The notes under the pieces are model-generated. The model had not been told where the DNA came from and ran no database searches. It saw only the letters and a program-made list of their open reading frames with translations. A stretch of 64,000 nucleotides of DNA from Camelus dromedarius (lineage: Eukaryota): positions 34,164,001 to 34,228,000 of the forward strand of contig NC_087436.1 of NCBI RefSeq assembly GCF_036321535.1. Direction: 5' to 3'. Below are positions 27,245-40,559 of the stretch, one piece after another. The stretch's first letter is position 1, and each line of letters starts with the position of its first letter. A program made the translations under genes and the position numbers.

Positions 27245-29685
27245 TATGATGGATTAAATTGGGGTGTGAATTCTTTTACAAATCTCCCATTCCCAACACA
27301 CACACACACACACACACACACACCTTTAATCTGAGTGGGCTCAGTGACTGCTTTCACCAGGGAAGAACGATGAAATGGCACTGTGCCAGTGTCCAGGTTC
27401 AGGGCTTAACACACTTAACACACAGCTGCCATGTCTGCCTCTGGAAATTTTCTTTCCAGGAGTCCTCATCCACCTTGTAAGAAGTCTGACTTATCTTGAC
27501 TACCATGCTTGGAGTCCATGCGTTGTTACTCTGGTTAGTTGTCCAAACTGAGCCTATCATTCCTGTGATCTTTGAGAAAGTATCAGATATATGAGTGAAG
27601 CTGCTCTGGCCCCTCCAGACTAGCCCATCCACCAGCTGGGTACTATTGAGTGGCCTCAATCAATACCACATGAAGCAAAAGATTTGGCTAGATGATCCCA
27701 GCTTGAATTTCTGACCCACAAAATCATGAGATGAAATAAAATTCTTATTGTTTCAAGCCTCTAATTTTGGAGGTAATTTGTTGTGCAACAAAAGACAGAA
27801 TTTGGAATCTGGAAATATCATCACTGTCTTTTGGACCAGGTGGTAAACAAACTTGGATAGGCCTAGAGGAGAGTCTTAATAAGAATCTGGAAACATCTCA
27901 ATGATATTATTGGTGAAGGCTGGGAGGTCAGGGAGGAATTTTTAGTTGATGGTCAGAGAAAATGATATCCTCATGATGTGTAGCAGAAAATTTGGCAATA
28001 ATGTAGAAAATAAAAAGGGTATCTAATTAATTTATGGATCTGACTGGAGATTTCCAAGCAAAAGGTAGAAGTTGCCAATTCATTTCTCTTAGCTCCTCTG
28101 AGAAAATACAAAAGGCAGACATGAACTAAAGAAGGACCTACTCAGCTTTTGAGCATAGTATACCAGAAATACAAAGAAATAAAGTCTTTCTGAGTTGGAA
28201 AACCAATCTGTTTCTTATTCATATGCTCTTCCAGCAAAAACAAAAATTCAAAGTTAAAAAAGAAAAAAGGCTTCAGGATAAACACAAATCCAGCATGGAG
28301 CTGAAAGATTTTTCGTTAAGACCTCAGAAAGATATGTGTCAGTGCAACATTTACCCTTTCAGCTAGTCAAAAGCTGAAGGAATTCTCTTCTAAACAGAAT
28401 TCTAAAGACATTGTCTCTAGGATAGATGTCTACACAGAATCCCTCATAAGATTGAAAGGGTCTAACTGAGTGACCTAATAATATTCATTGAAAACCTGTA
28501 GCACTTTAAAGAGAACTCTTATCATGAGAAGCAGCAATAGCTTGGACTTAAAGGGACAGAGAACGTACAAAAAGAAAAGAGATATAATAGCCCCCTAGTC
28601 TTCCAAACAGGCATAGAAGGCCGTGTGGTTACAAACATGTGCCAAGAAGGATAATTCAACAGACAAAACCAACAGGCCATGGGATAGAACTAAGAGCTAC
28701 AGAAAACATTCCCAGGAAGCAGGACCCAGACCTAATCAAGGAACTGGTGACATCTCCCAGGCCAAATTTCAGAGTTTCTACGAAACAGTGCTGCTATATC
28801 CCTGGGTTTTTGTGTGTGTGTGTGTGTGTGTTTTTTTTTTTTTCCTTTGTAAATAGGAATGTCTCTTGTCTTGGTCTTATCATTATGTAGTAGGTTTTTT
28901 TTTTTTTTTTTTAGAAGAGGGGAGAAGAGGTGTAGAAAACTTACCAAGTTAGTTTGCACAGCTTTAGTGTTAGAGGAACCAGACTTAGGAAATGATACCT
29001 ATGGAGCGTCATTAACACCTGGATTTAACTTAGGTGGTGAGATCTAGAACTCGGAGCCAATGCTGTATTGGAACGAAACATTAAAGATCTTGGGGTGGGA
29101 TGAATGTATTTTTTAGCAGAAGGAAGCCAGAATATAAGTAACATAGAGAGAGAAATATGGTGAATTAAAGATGGCCCATAATGTTTTGAAATGTCTCCCG
29201 TCAAGAGCTGAGGACTGCTTCCCCTTCCTTTAGCTGTGGAAGGATTGTCTGAGTACTTGGACAAACAGAATGAGACAGAAGTGAGACTGTGCTAGATTTT
29301 TGCCTCAGTCCTTAAGACACTGACAGCATATCCTTTGATATCTTTCCTAACCTTTGCAAGACTTGCTTTTAGATCCCAGTTTACCATGCTGTGAGACACT
29401 GAAGCCACACGGGGACACCATATAAAGGCACCTGAGTGGACAGCCCTGAGTTCCCAAATAGCAATCAGAATGAACTCCAGCTCTATGAGTGAGTCATCCT
29501 GGATATTCAGCCCAGCTGAGCCTTCGGATAACTTCTTCCCCAGTCACTAATTCACGCTGATTGAGAGACTCCAACAATTCATTTGGTCCTCGTCAAAACT
29601 CAGTACTACAAAAAATAATTACAAATTCTAGTTTTAAGCCACATTATTATGTGAATATATAACACAGAAAAAGACAAATGAGAAA
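27245..29685 (+). mobile_element. MaLR element LTR-internal-LTR (MLT1G/H group)
   Basis: 5' LTR about 27245-27800, internal about 27800-29155 ending ggggtgggatgaatgtattttt...gagagagaaa (PPT-like), 3' LTR about 29156-29685. Both LTRs begin alike (tgatggattaaa / tggtgaattaaagatggccc). Confidence 0.85.
27296..27323. repeat. (CA)n microsatellite
   Basis: Seen directly. Confidence 0.95.
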
Positions 29686-29689
29686 ATGA

Positions 29690-29860
29690 ACTGTCTTATT
29701 TTGTTGCTGTCCAACAATTTCCACAGTCTCTCCAAAATTATGTGTCATTCTTGCTAGAAGTAGTTGTGTGGCCGTGAGCTATGTTTTGCAGACCATCTTG
29801 GATTCAGGCATGACCATGAGATAATTTCAAGCATCTGAATGTGGGCAGAAAAAGATTATC
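29690..29860 (+). mobile_element. Old MLT1 LTR fragment
   Basis: ttttgcagaccatcttggattcaggcatgaccatgagataatttcaagcatctgaatgtgggcagaa. Confidence 0.45.
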
Positions 29861-30131
29861 TATCTAATTCATGATGCCTCTGCTCTAAATTTTAATTTTT
29901 GCTTAGAATAGTTCAATATTATTTTTTTCCCACAAAAACATTCATTTTTAAAAGGATCAGTTGAAACCTCAGCCCCTTCTAGAAGACCCATTCTCCCACA
30001 CATGCAGGCTCTTATCACCTCTTCTACCTCATTTGAATCAGTACTTCTTCCTCTATGTCCCATCACATTTTAGAATCATTATCTTTATTTACCTCATTAT
30101 AAATGGTTGAATAAATATCCCCATCCATTAC

Positions 30132-30485
30132 TATTTCAGTCCGTTTAGGCTACTGTAATGAAGTACCACAGACCGGGGGGCTTATAGACAACAGAAATTC
30201 ATTTCTCGCAGTTCTGGAGGCCGGAAGCCCAGGGTGGGTGCCAGTGTGCTCAGATGAAAGCCCCGACCCACAGACTCACGTGCGGAAGGGGCTAGGGAGC
30301 TCTGTGGGATCACTTCTGGAAGAGCGCTAATCCCTCTCAAAGGCACCCAAGATGACTCACGCATAGAGCTGGAGTGAATTCTGATTGCTATTTGGGAACT
30401 CAGGGCTGTCTACTAATACCATTGCCTTTGGAGGTTAGGATTTCAGCATAAATTTGGAGGGGACAGAAACATCCAGATCTTGACA
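30132..30485 (-). mobile_element. MLT1A-like solo LTR carrying a foreign 68-bp segment
   Basis: agtccgtttaggctactgtaatgaagtaccacagaccggggggcttatagacaacagaaattcatttctcgcagttctggagg...ttaggatttcagcataaatttggaggggacagaaacatccaga. Confidence 0.9.
30347..30414 (-). repeat. Inverted copy of 29435-29502 (68 bp, 63/68 identical)
   Basis: Manual base-by-base alignment of the reverse complement. Confidence 0.97.
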
Positions 30486-31221
30486 TCAAGGAACTAAATT
30501 TCTAGCACTTAACCCAATGCCAGATATATACTAAATATTTTATGTTGAGTAGAAAATGTATACATTAATTAACTACAGTCTTCATTTAAATTTCTTAGAA
30601 TGTATTAAGTTAACATGTAAAAAGCCAAATTTTCAATTCTATATTTTATCTTTTTTGCCCAAATTACTAAAAGCTTTAAAGGAAAACCTTGGTGTTTCCT
30701 TCTGTAGAGTGAGGTCTTAAACAAATTTATACAGCATTGCTTTGGATAGATACAGTGGGGAAAAAAAAGGTTTTGAAAGATTGACTTGAAAATAAATTCA
30801 CTTTAATTTATCCCCTTCCAAGAGAAATTTTACCAAAGTTTCAAAACATTTAAAATTGTAACAAGAAAGTTGATAAATTATTATATTTGAATCCACCATG
30901 TTGCTATCAGTTTAGGATTTTTTTTTAAACTTAAAGTTTTAACACTAACTGTTAGCAAAAAACTCCATTTTATTATTACAACTCTGGCAGAACAAACTTC
31001 ACTTCTTTAGAGCTAATTAGGTCTTCTCTTTCCTATACTTTGAGAATGTCAATATAATTTTAGATAGAAAACAGAGAATGACAGTTCCAAGCTAGAAGTA
31101 AATTGTGTATTTTATATTCATCATAGAGTAATATTCATCAGCATGTGTACTTGAAATTTCTATAAAAGAAAACATACACTAATTTGAAATGTTGTTCCTT
31201 CCTTAAAGTCATCCGTGAGTG

Positions 31222-31255
<34 letters not shown>
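31222..31255. repeat. Compound (TA)n(GA)n microsatellite
   Basis: Seen directly. Confidence 0.95.
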
Positions 31256-32099
31256 AAACTCAATATTGTTAGGATAATAACTATGCAGGAGAAGCAAAAT
31301 GCTTTATTTACTATTTGACTATACCTCGAAACATGGACACAGATTATCTTTATTTTTAAGAGAAGTAGACAGCTACAATTTTAGGTCTTTCTATTTGAAT
31401 GATTATCCTGTATCATATCAAGTCAATCATTGGGACCAAAGCAAGGAAGGAAGATCTTGTCAGCACTGTAAACCTGAGGTTGGATGAGAGAAAAAAGTCT
31501 CAAAACACTCTTTGTATTTTCTCTTTCCAAACTTTTAAAAGTTTATTTACATTCCAACATTTTTATATTTGAGTAAAACAGTATTACACTCTGACCTGTT
31601 AAGGATAAAATATTACTCCTTTGACTACCAACAAAGCAAGGTTTTCTTAAACAGATAATATTAAAAGAAGCATGTAGAATTGTCAAAGATGACGTGTATG
31701 TGAATATAGACTTAATTATTTTCCACTAGGATGTGGACGATGCTTTGGCACATGAAGTGATTAAATAGTAATGTGCTGAGAGATAAAGTTCATACTTTTA
31801 TACTTCTAAGTGTACGTCTGACACTTTTGGTAGATATAATTAACTCTGCTTTGAAATTCTTTCTTTCTTATGTGAGTCTAGTTTGGTATTTTATATGTAT
31901 ATAGAGCTAATGACTCTAAATTGATTTCCTTGTACTTTATCTTATGAAGCATATATTTTTTTTCTTTTTTTCTCATCTTAATATGCTCTTAATGTTTAAT
32001 TCTACTTGAAATATTTTTATAGATGTCTTGTGTATACATATACATTCATTTATTTGAGAGTAAAGGCATAATACTTCTCATATGGAATATAAATATATA

Positions 32100-33815
32100 T
32101 ACACATACACATACAAATAAAATAGATGCAGCCAAAAAATTTCCCAGGTGTTTGTACCAATTTACATTTGCACTGACAATGGTGACAAAATTTGGTTATA
32201 GCCAATCTTTTAAATTTTAGATATTCTTCTAGGTATGTAAGAGTATCTTATTTTTGGTCTTAGTGGCATTTCCCCAATTATTAATGAAGTCAAACATCTT
32301 TTTCTATGTTAATTGTTGAAGTGATTAATTTTAGTGAAGTGCTTATTCAAGTCCCAACTCCCATTAATTACTGGACTTTTTTCTCATTGATTTGTAGATT
32401 ATATGAGGTTTCTTTTGTTGTTGTTATATGTGTTGCAATGTTTTATTCCATTTTTATTTTTTAATGCTATCTTTTGAGTTATAGAATCCCTTATCTTTAA
32501 TGTAATCCATTTTATAAGTCTTCTCTTTAATATTAGTGCATTTTATATTTGGCTTAAGAAATCTGTCTCAGAGTTTATAAAAACATTCCCCTTTGTTAAT
32601 TTTTAGAAGCTAATTGCTATGCTATCTGCATTTTGAGTACCGTATGGAGGATGTGACTAAATTTTATTTATTTTTTATAGTTATACCTTTCATTCTGGAG
32701 TATTAATGAAAAGATAATCCTTCTCACTATTTTTCAGTACCACTTTTGTCAAAGTTCAGCTATCCAACTATGAATGGGCCAGTTTCTGGACTCTTTATTT
32801 TGATTCATTGTTCTATTAATCTATCACCATGCAGTGCTGCACTATTACAATTCATGTAGACTAGCAAAGAGGTGTGATACTCGGTAGAGTAAGTGCTCCC
32901 ATTCTTAAAAACCGTCTGCTCTAATTTTGACTCTGAATTTCTATATGCAATTTAGAATTAATTTGTGAATTCATGTAAGACCTTGCAGAAATTTTAGGAA
33001 AATTACATAGAATCTACACAAAAATTTCTAAAGAACTGATGTGTTTAAAATAGTGTCTTCGTGTTCCATGAATGTGATATTCTTTTCCCTTTATTTTTAT
33101 TTTGAAAATTTTTCTCAATAATATTTAACAAAATTTTATGTTGATATGTTGTACATCTATTATAACATCATTTCCAGTTATTTTGTTTGTGGTGCTCCTA
33201 TATAGATTACCATCTTTAAAATTTTATTTTCAAATATTGTTTGTAAGGATAGTTATAAGGAAATAAAGAAGAAAATAAAATTGCTTTCTTTGTATTTTGA
33301 CTTTTTATCCAGAAAGTGTTAAGCGTATTTATCTATACTAGTATTTTATCTGTAGACCTTCTAGATTTATGTGTGCCCAATCATATTATCTATAAATAAT
33401 GGCAATATTATTTCTTCTTTAACCAGTCCTTAAAACGTTTTATTTCTAAGTCTTATATTTTTGCACTGACTAGTAATTCCTGTATAATGTTGAATAAAAT
33501 ATATAATAGAGTATATTCTTACCTTATCCCCATTCTTTATAAGAAAAATGTCAATATATTACATTTAAGTATGACTTTGATCTAGTTTTTCTTTATAATA
33601 TTAGGGGAGTTCCCTTTTCTTTTTAGTTTTACCAAAAGCTTCATTTATCTAATTATTTAATAATGAATGTATGTTGAATTTGATCAAATGCTTCCCTAGC
33701 ATCTACTGGGAAAATTCCATGACTTTTTTCCTTTAATTATTAATGTAATGATTTACCCAAACATCTATATGTTAAATCACTTCTCTATCCCTAGAATATA
33801 CCCAAATTTGGATGA
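32100..33815 (-). mobile_element. Ancient LINE-1 ORF2 (L1ME-like)
   Basis: gtttgtaccaatttacatttgcact, ggcatttccccaattattaatgaagtcaaacatcttttt, tgttgaatttgatcaaatgcttccctagcatctactggg. Confidence 0.85.
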
Positions 33816-36800
33816 CAGATTTTCCAGTTACATTTGGTGGAAATTTTAGTATAAATTATCTAACCCCTATGAACCAGAAGTGAAATTTCTACATTATTAG
33901 TTTTGTTTGTTTTGTATCTATATTTGAAAATACCCCTTCAAGACATTTACTATAGATGAATACATTAAATTCTAATGTTAGCCCATAATGAAAGAAAAAA
34001 AGAATGAATGAATAGTTGGAAATAATTATTAAAACAAGGATTAAATGTTCCATAATTTTAAGATAGAATTACAGGTTGTTGATGTGTTGATGTTTTGCAT
34101 ATTTTTAGAACTCAGTAGCCACATAATTTTCTTTAGATAAGGACTTGAGTGATGTCCAGAACCAAAGTTTTAAGTTCAATGTCTTATAGATCATTCTAAT
34201 AATTACTATTTTTTTCTTTATGTTTCAAGATTTAATTTTTAGATCCTACAGAATGATACTTAAAAATGAATTTTATCATCTTTATGTAAAATTTATGGGA
34301 CATTTTGCTCATGTTTCAATTCCCTCCCTGTTCTAGGTTATAAACTTCCAGCCAACTATTTTGATTCATATTTTTGAAAAATATGCACATTCCCTTTACT
34401 AAAATACACTGATAAGGTGATAATATGCCTGATGTGCTCTCTTTATGCATGTTATGGCAGGAGGAAAAACAAAACTGAAGGAAATCTGGAACATATCAAT
34501 CCTTCAGTAGCTTCAATATAATCTATGATGCCAAAGGTGCATTTCTCCTCAAATTTCAAAATAATTAATGCTAAGAATCTTTTCATTCCATTGCAGACAG
34601 AAAAGAGACAATCCTTAGGGAAAGCAAACTTAATAATATCTAATATCAGGTGAAAATCTTTCAAAAAGGAATATTTGCTGTCTTTTCTGAACACATGAAT
34701 TTGCTTACAGTTGCTATTTCATGTTCCATTCATGTACTTGTATTAGCAATAATGAAAAGATTCTTTTAAACTATGCCTTTATAAGGACAGCAGATAGACT
34801 CAGAGTGACAAAATACTCTTTCTGGAATGATAATTAAATTTAATTTTCTACAGAATTTAAGTCTACAGAGTATTTTCTCTGTCTCCATTTACTCCTAATT
34901 CTCCTCTTTTCTTAGTCATATTTTGTTGAAACTTTTAGTTAGGATAGTCTTGTCCCATATAGCAGAAATATTTATTTCTTGTGCTAAGATTTCAATACTA
35001 ATTGTATTTCATTACACCTTTGTACTCAAAAGGCCAGACATATGTTGATTATTATCTAGAAATATCATTCCTTATTATTCATTTCTTTTTTCGCTGACGA
35101 TTTTCTGAGCCTGTTAAGAGTATTGGAAAGGGGCCTAATATAATATTTCTTCCTATTGGAAGAACAGTTTCCAGACTGAGCCAGATCCTAGAGGGAAGAA
35201 TCATTTGTTCCTTCCATAACACACTTAAATTCTCTTTCTGCTGATGAAGATAATGAGGCCTATGGACAATGACTTGAATGATAGCTTAAGAAGCAAGAGG
35301 ATCATAATACAATGAAATCAACGCTGGAATTATACATCATGTACTGGATACTAACTGATACAAACGAAAAGGATATTTCCCTGATGTCCTATAATTATTT
35401 TTAAGAAATGTGGTTTAAGTAGAAAGATGGTACATTCATATGTAGATAATTTCTACCATCTTTGGTTTCAAATAAAAAGGTTAATATGCATACAGTTGTT
35501 TCTTTGGAAATGTCTCAACTTACATCTTGCTAGAACTGTGTAGAACTGTGGAACAGTGCCCAGAACCTCAAGCAAAACAAAACAAAACAAAAATAGAAGA
35601 AAACAAAAATAAAAAACAAAAAAACTAACTAATTTAATCATAAAGACAGTTGTTAAATATTGATATTATTTCAGAGTTTAAAAGTTGTTTGACAGATATC
35701 CCAGAAAGCTTCCCCCCACCAAATCAAGTTTCATAAAATTTAAAAATATAAAGTGAACATAGGATGTTTATTTATCTCCTAAGCAAACTGTTAAGGTTTA
35801 GTATTTTTAATTATAAGTGGATAAACCTTTACCCACTTGGAAGTTTCAGCTGAAAATTGTCAGGTTTTATCCAACTTAAAATCCAAGTGTTCTTTATTAT
35901 ATACTGAGAAATAATATAGTTTGAAACAGTTATTCTCCACAGTATAATGTTGAATCAGCAGGCCTTGATTACTTACTCAGTAGGATGCCTTTGAATTGGT
36001 TAAATCAAATAACTGTCATGTTGGACAATTCATGAAAGACTAATGAAGTGGATTGAAACTGGAAAAAAGCCAAAATAGACTTTTGAAAGGGAAAATGATG
36101 ACCATGAAAATTATATATCATTCAGTTTAGGTGTAAACATCCATCTGTCCCTATTATGTTATAATAGTTTATTATTCAAATGCTTAATTTAAGGGAAGAT
36201 TCTTAACTGATAAGCAGTTGGTTTAGATTCTAATAAACACCAAAGAAAAAAGATAAACATTTTAGTTTTGTACAAACCATCTGTGTTTGATTAAACTGAA
36301 AAACTGGAATGAAGAAACTTATTAGAATAAAATTCTGTTAAATTTTTCCATTCATAATCAAGAAATCACCGGAATCCCAAACAAAGGTGCATTTTGCATT
36401 TAATTACTTGCCACTGTCACTAAACATTAATTAAAAGTAAAATTTGAAAATATTTTGAACACTATAAAATTTTTACACACACATAATATTAAGGGAAAGA
36501 AATTTATATGAAATATTTACACTACTCAAAAGGGAGAATACTTTACTTTATGACAGGGAAATCACTTCTGGATTAAATTAGTGCACTTAATAATTTAATT
36601 TAGTTTCTTAAAATCAGATTTATAGCTTTGATTCATTTGAATACTCCATATAACTTTAATTATTTTATTTTTAGTATTTTATTTATCTTTCACTTTTTAA
36701 ATTTACATTGAATTAGTGAAAATTTCTGAGTGACCTATGGGGTTTTGTTGTTGTTAGGCTTTTGATTATATGCCCTTAATTAAGAAAACATTGATCTTTC

Positions 36801-38309
36801 TAATCCCTTCTAGTTAGAGATGACTCAGCGTTTCTGTAGAGAGGGAAAAGTTAAAGATGCTTACTGTTTTAAGCTCAGAGTTACTGAAATTTAAAAATTA
36901 AAAAAAAAATCTTGAATTTTTGTTAATTCTTCGATTATAATATTTCTCAAATTTTTCACTTTTAAATACTTTTGTTATCCCCGACTCAATACCATTCCAC
37001 TAAATAGTTGAGCAGTTACTATAAATTCTTAATAGGCTCTTTGTTCCTTCAGTGTCCCTCTTTTCCAATACAAATTACATAGTCTTAGAAGAACAAACCT
37101 TAAAAAATTATAACTCTCTATTATCTAGCAGATCAAGACCATAGCTTTTAGTTACTTTAATTGTGACTATTCTTCCAATTAGTTTATTTTATGTTACGAA
37201 ATTTATTTTGAATTTTTGTCTGAACAGACTCTCTGTTCTTAGACTTTATCTGACCCTCACATATATGTTCCACAGTTTTAAGACTCTTGATACCAGTGGC
37301 CAAATTTTTCCTGAAGTTTGGGAGCAAATAACATTCCCACCAGCAGTGGAGGTGTCTCCATACAACATTGCCCCAACTGCATACCTGTGTGTGTTTTTAA
37401 TAAATACCATCCCCCAGTTATATATTCATATTGTAGTTGTTTTCAGAAACTACTTAGTTTGCAAGATTTTTAATAATAAATTTAAAGAATAGATGTAAAA
37501 TAATGATTAATATATTTAAAATGTTTCTGTTTTACAACCACTAGGCTAAGTAGTTTCCACGTATTAATGCACTGACTATGCTCAATAACTCTGCTTTGTT
37601 ATTCAATGAGATAAATTAGACCTAAGAATGTAAATAATATGTCCAAACTCACAAAACTAGAGAGTAATATAGGTGCACTTCAATCCTATGCTTTTCAAAG
37701 CAGATGTCACTTTTGAGAATATAAAATAGGATTATGTAAGTAACTGAAATAGCCTCACTCTTGGCATGCATGAAATGTTCCAACAACAGCATCTTAAAAA
37801 TTACAAATTCTGAACCACTTCTGTACAGAAGCATAGTTTATTAATGTTTATATTTGTCACCTCCCAGCAAAAGACTTGGGGCATATACGTGTTCAATAAA
37901 TGTTGGCTTAATTAAATTATTTCCTGTTGTATGTACAGAGAAATACATGCATACATACTTTAAAATTTTTTTCTATTTTCTCCCTCCCAAACTGAAAAAT
38001 AGGATATTTATTTTAATGAGTTATGATTGTATCAGCAATTGTCTGGTGTTATTCTAGGAAGTTGGATCCATTGTTAATAACTTGTTCATTATTTAACAAA
38101 TACTCCTTGGACATCTAGAATATGCCAGACACTGTTTTAGATGCTGGGGAGACAGCAGTTATAAAACAAAGAAAATCTTTGACCTGATGGAATATAGATT
38201 CTAACACAGGAGACAGACAATAAACAACAGAAATAAGCAAAATGCATATTGTAATAAATAATGATAATGATAAATGCTAAGAAGGAAACCAAAGAAGGGA
38301 GAGAGCAGA

Positions 38310-38333
38310 GTGTGTGTGTGTGTGTGTGTGTGT
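38310..38333. repeat. (TG)n microsatellite
   Basis: Seen directly. Confidence 0.95.
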
Positions 38334-38690
38334 AGGTGTAGAGGTGTGGAACTTTAGATTGAGTTGCCAGGGAAGACTCCATGGAGATGATTCTGAGTAA
38401 GGACCTAAAGAGAGTCAGTCACATGGTTTTCTTTGGACAGAATATTTTAAGCAGAGGAGAAAGAAATCCACAAGACTAAGGTGGTATGTGCCTAGGATAT
38501 TCAAGAAACAGTGAGAACCCAGGGGGTGAAAGTAAAAGGAAGGGGAGACCGGGTACAGACCGGGTACAGCAGAGCATGTGGGGCCTTAAGGTCCATCAAC
38601 AGGAAAGATGTCAACTTCCATTCCTGATGAGCTGAGAAGCTGATGTGGAGTTTTGACTGTTACAATCTGATGGGTCTAAACAGATTCTCC

Positions 38691-38721
<31 letters not shown>

Positions 38722-38723
38722 TC
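38691..38723. repeat. (CT)n microsatellite, one interruption
   Basis: Seen directly. Confidence 0.9.
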
Positions 38724-39079
38724 CGCCTGTTCTACTGAGAAGATATTTAAGGGGGAAGGATGAAAGAAGGGAGAACCATTGAAATGTTATTTTAATGATG
38801 TAGGCAAAAACATAATGGCAGCCTGGATTCAGAAGGTAGCAGGAGAGTTGGCTAGAAGGGAATGACTTAAAGGTAGACTGATACGATTCATCAATGATGT
38901 GACAAAAGGTGTTGGAAAAAGAGAGTGGTCAAGGGTGATTTCAGGATATTTGAACTAAACAATTGAAAAAATGGAGTCCTCACTTCCTGAGACAAGAAAG
39001 ATTGTTAATTAGGAGAAGAGGTCAGTGGGAGACACAGGAGGAGTTTAGTTTGAGGCACTGATGTTTAAAGCAGAAAAGT

Positions 39080-39730
39080 CAGCTAGAATCCAGTCGCTCC
39101 CCACGCCCTCCTCCAGTAATATGCTAGTTCAGGCCAACATCACCTCTCCATGGACTATTACAATAATTCCTGACTAATGTTTTTCTTCTGACCTTGCCTC
39201 CTACAATCCATTCTATCAGCTCTTAGTGGCAGTTAATGTGAAAATTATGCAAAGTGAGTGAAATCATGTCAAAATCTTCCCAAAGTTTCTGAAAGCACCT
39301 ACCATAAAAGCAGATTTTGCCATAGTCTCTCTTATTTGGTCCACAACATCCTCTCTGATCTCATCTCCACCTTTCTCTCTCTTCACCCTGGGCTGCAGAC
39401 ATTCTGAATCCCGCCTGTTCTTTTCCCGACCCTTCAAGAACACGTTCAGGCCTTTGTGTCTGCTATTTCCATTGCCTGCAATGTTCTTCACCAAGTACCT
39501 CAAAGCTCACTTCCTTAATTTTTTCTCAGGTCTCTACTCACATGAAACTTTAGTAGAGGTGACTTCATTTTTTTCCCTAAAATACCAAGATCTTCCCTCC
39601 TTAATTACTCTAACACCTAATTTCTTTACTCTCATTTATTTTAAAGCATTCAATAACATACTTGAAAAGTATACCCGTAAAGAACTTGGAACTGTGCTTG
39701 GCAAATAATGAGCACTCAGTAATTGTTGCT
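39080..39730 (+). mobile_element. L2 LINE 3' portion
   Basis: ctagttcaggccaacatcacctctccatggactattacaata...tcaggcctttgtgtctgctatttccattgcctgcaatgttct...actgtgcttggcaaataatgagcactcagtaattgttg. Confidence 0.85.
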
Positions 39731-40012
39731 GATAAGGTTATTTTTATTGTTTGGTTGTTGTTATTTAAAGACTATCCATAATTCCATTTGTACAGCAGAG
39801 GTCTAATTTATTAAAAAGTCATGGAGATCCTCTCTCCAATTTGCATCACAGTTAGATATTCTTTAACTGAACTACCTCACTTCCCACCTGACATTGGCTA
39901 TTTGTCACTACATAAGGCAAATAAAATGGGACTGCACAAGTAGAAATATGGTTGAACAGGATAAAACACAACATCCAACAATATTAAAAGTTTTTATGTC
40001 CTATATATAAAT

Positions 40013-40241
40013 GATTTGCAGATACTAACTACTGTATATAAAATAGGTAAGTAACAAGTTTTTTTCTATATAGCACAGGGAGCTATATTCAATACCTTAT
40101 AGTAGCCTCTAATAAAAAAATATGAAAAGGAATAAATGTATGTATATGTATGACTGAAACATTATGCTGTACACCAGAAATTGCCACAACATTGTAAACT
40201 GACTATACGACAATAAAAAAAATCCTTAAACCAAAAAAAAA
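40013..40241 (+). mobile_element. Young LINE-1 3' end with A-rich tail
   Basis: gatttgcagatactaactactgtatataaaatag...tatgctgtacaccagaaattg...caataaaaaaaa. Confidence 0.92.
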
Positions 40242-40559
40242 GGAAACCTACATAAGCAAGAGTAAATTTGAACATTCTGAAAGCAGGCTTATATTTTATA
40301 GGCTGTATGAACACTAATACATGACTCTTTAACATATTTTTTAACTTAACTGTGACCCAAGCTTGTCATCAAAATGACATTCAACTTCTATGTTCTGTTT
40401 GATGTGAATAATCATTATATTTTAATGGTAAAATAAAATGGTAAAAATAATGAAAATCACTAAAATAAATAATGTAGAGGAATTATTTTTAAGGTTTATG
40501 TCTATCAATACCATTTGTAGATTTGCCAGTGAAAAATATTATGAGTATTCAAACTGCAT

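Larger units (their letters stand above)
38080..39070 (-). mobile_element. L2 LINE 3' ~1 kb
   Basis: ttcattatttaacaaatac...atgccagacactgttttagatgctggggagacagcag...gagtttagtttgaggcactgatgttt. Confidence 0.88.

Noticed and set aside
38546..38569. 11-bp tandem duplication AGACCGGGTAC x2; similar small duplications near 16015, 45770, 46700 and 47313
   Set aside because: Ordinary slippage-type micro-duplications with no shared motif
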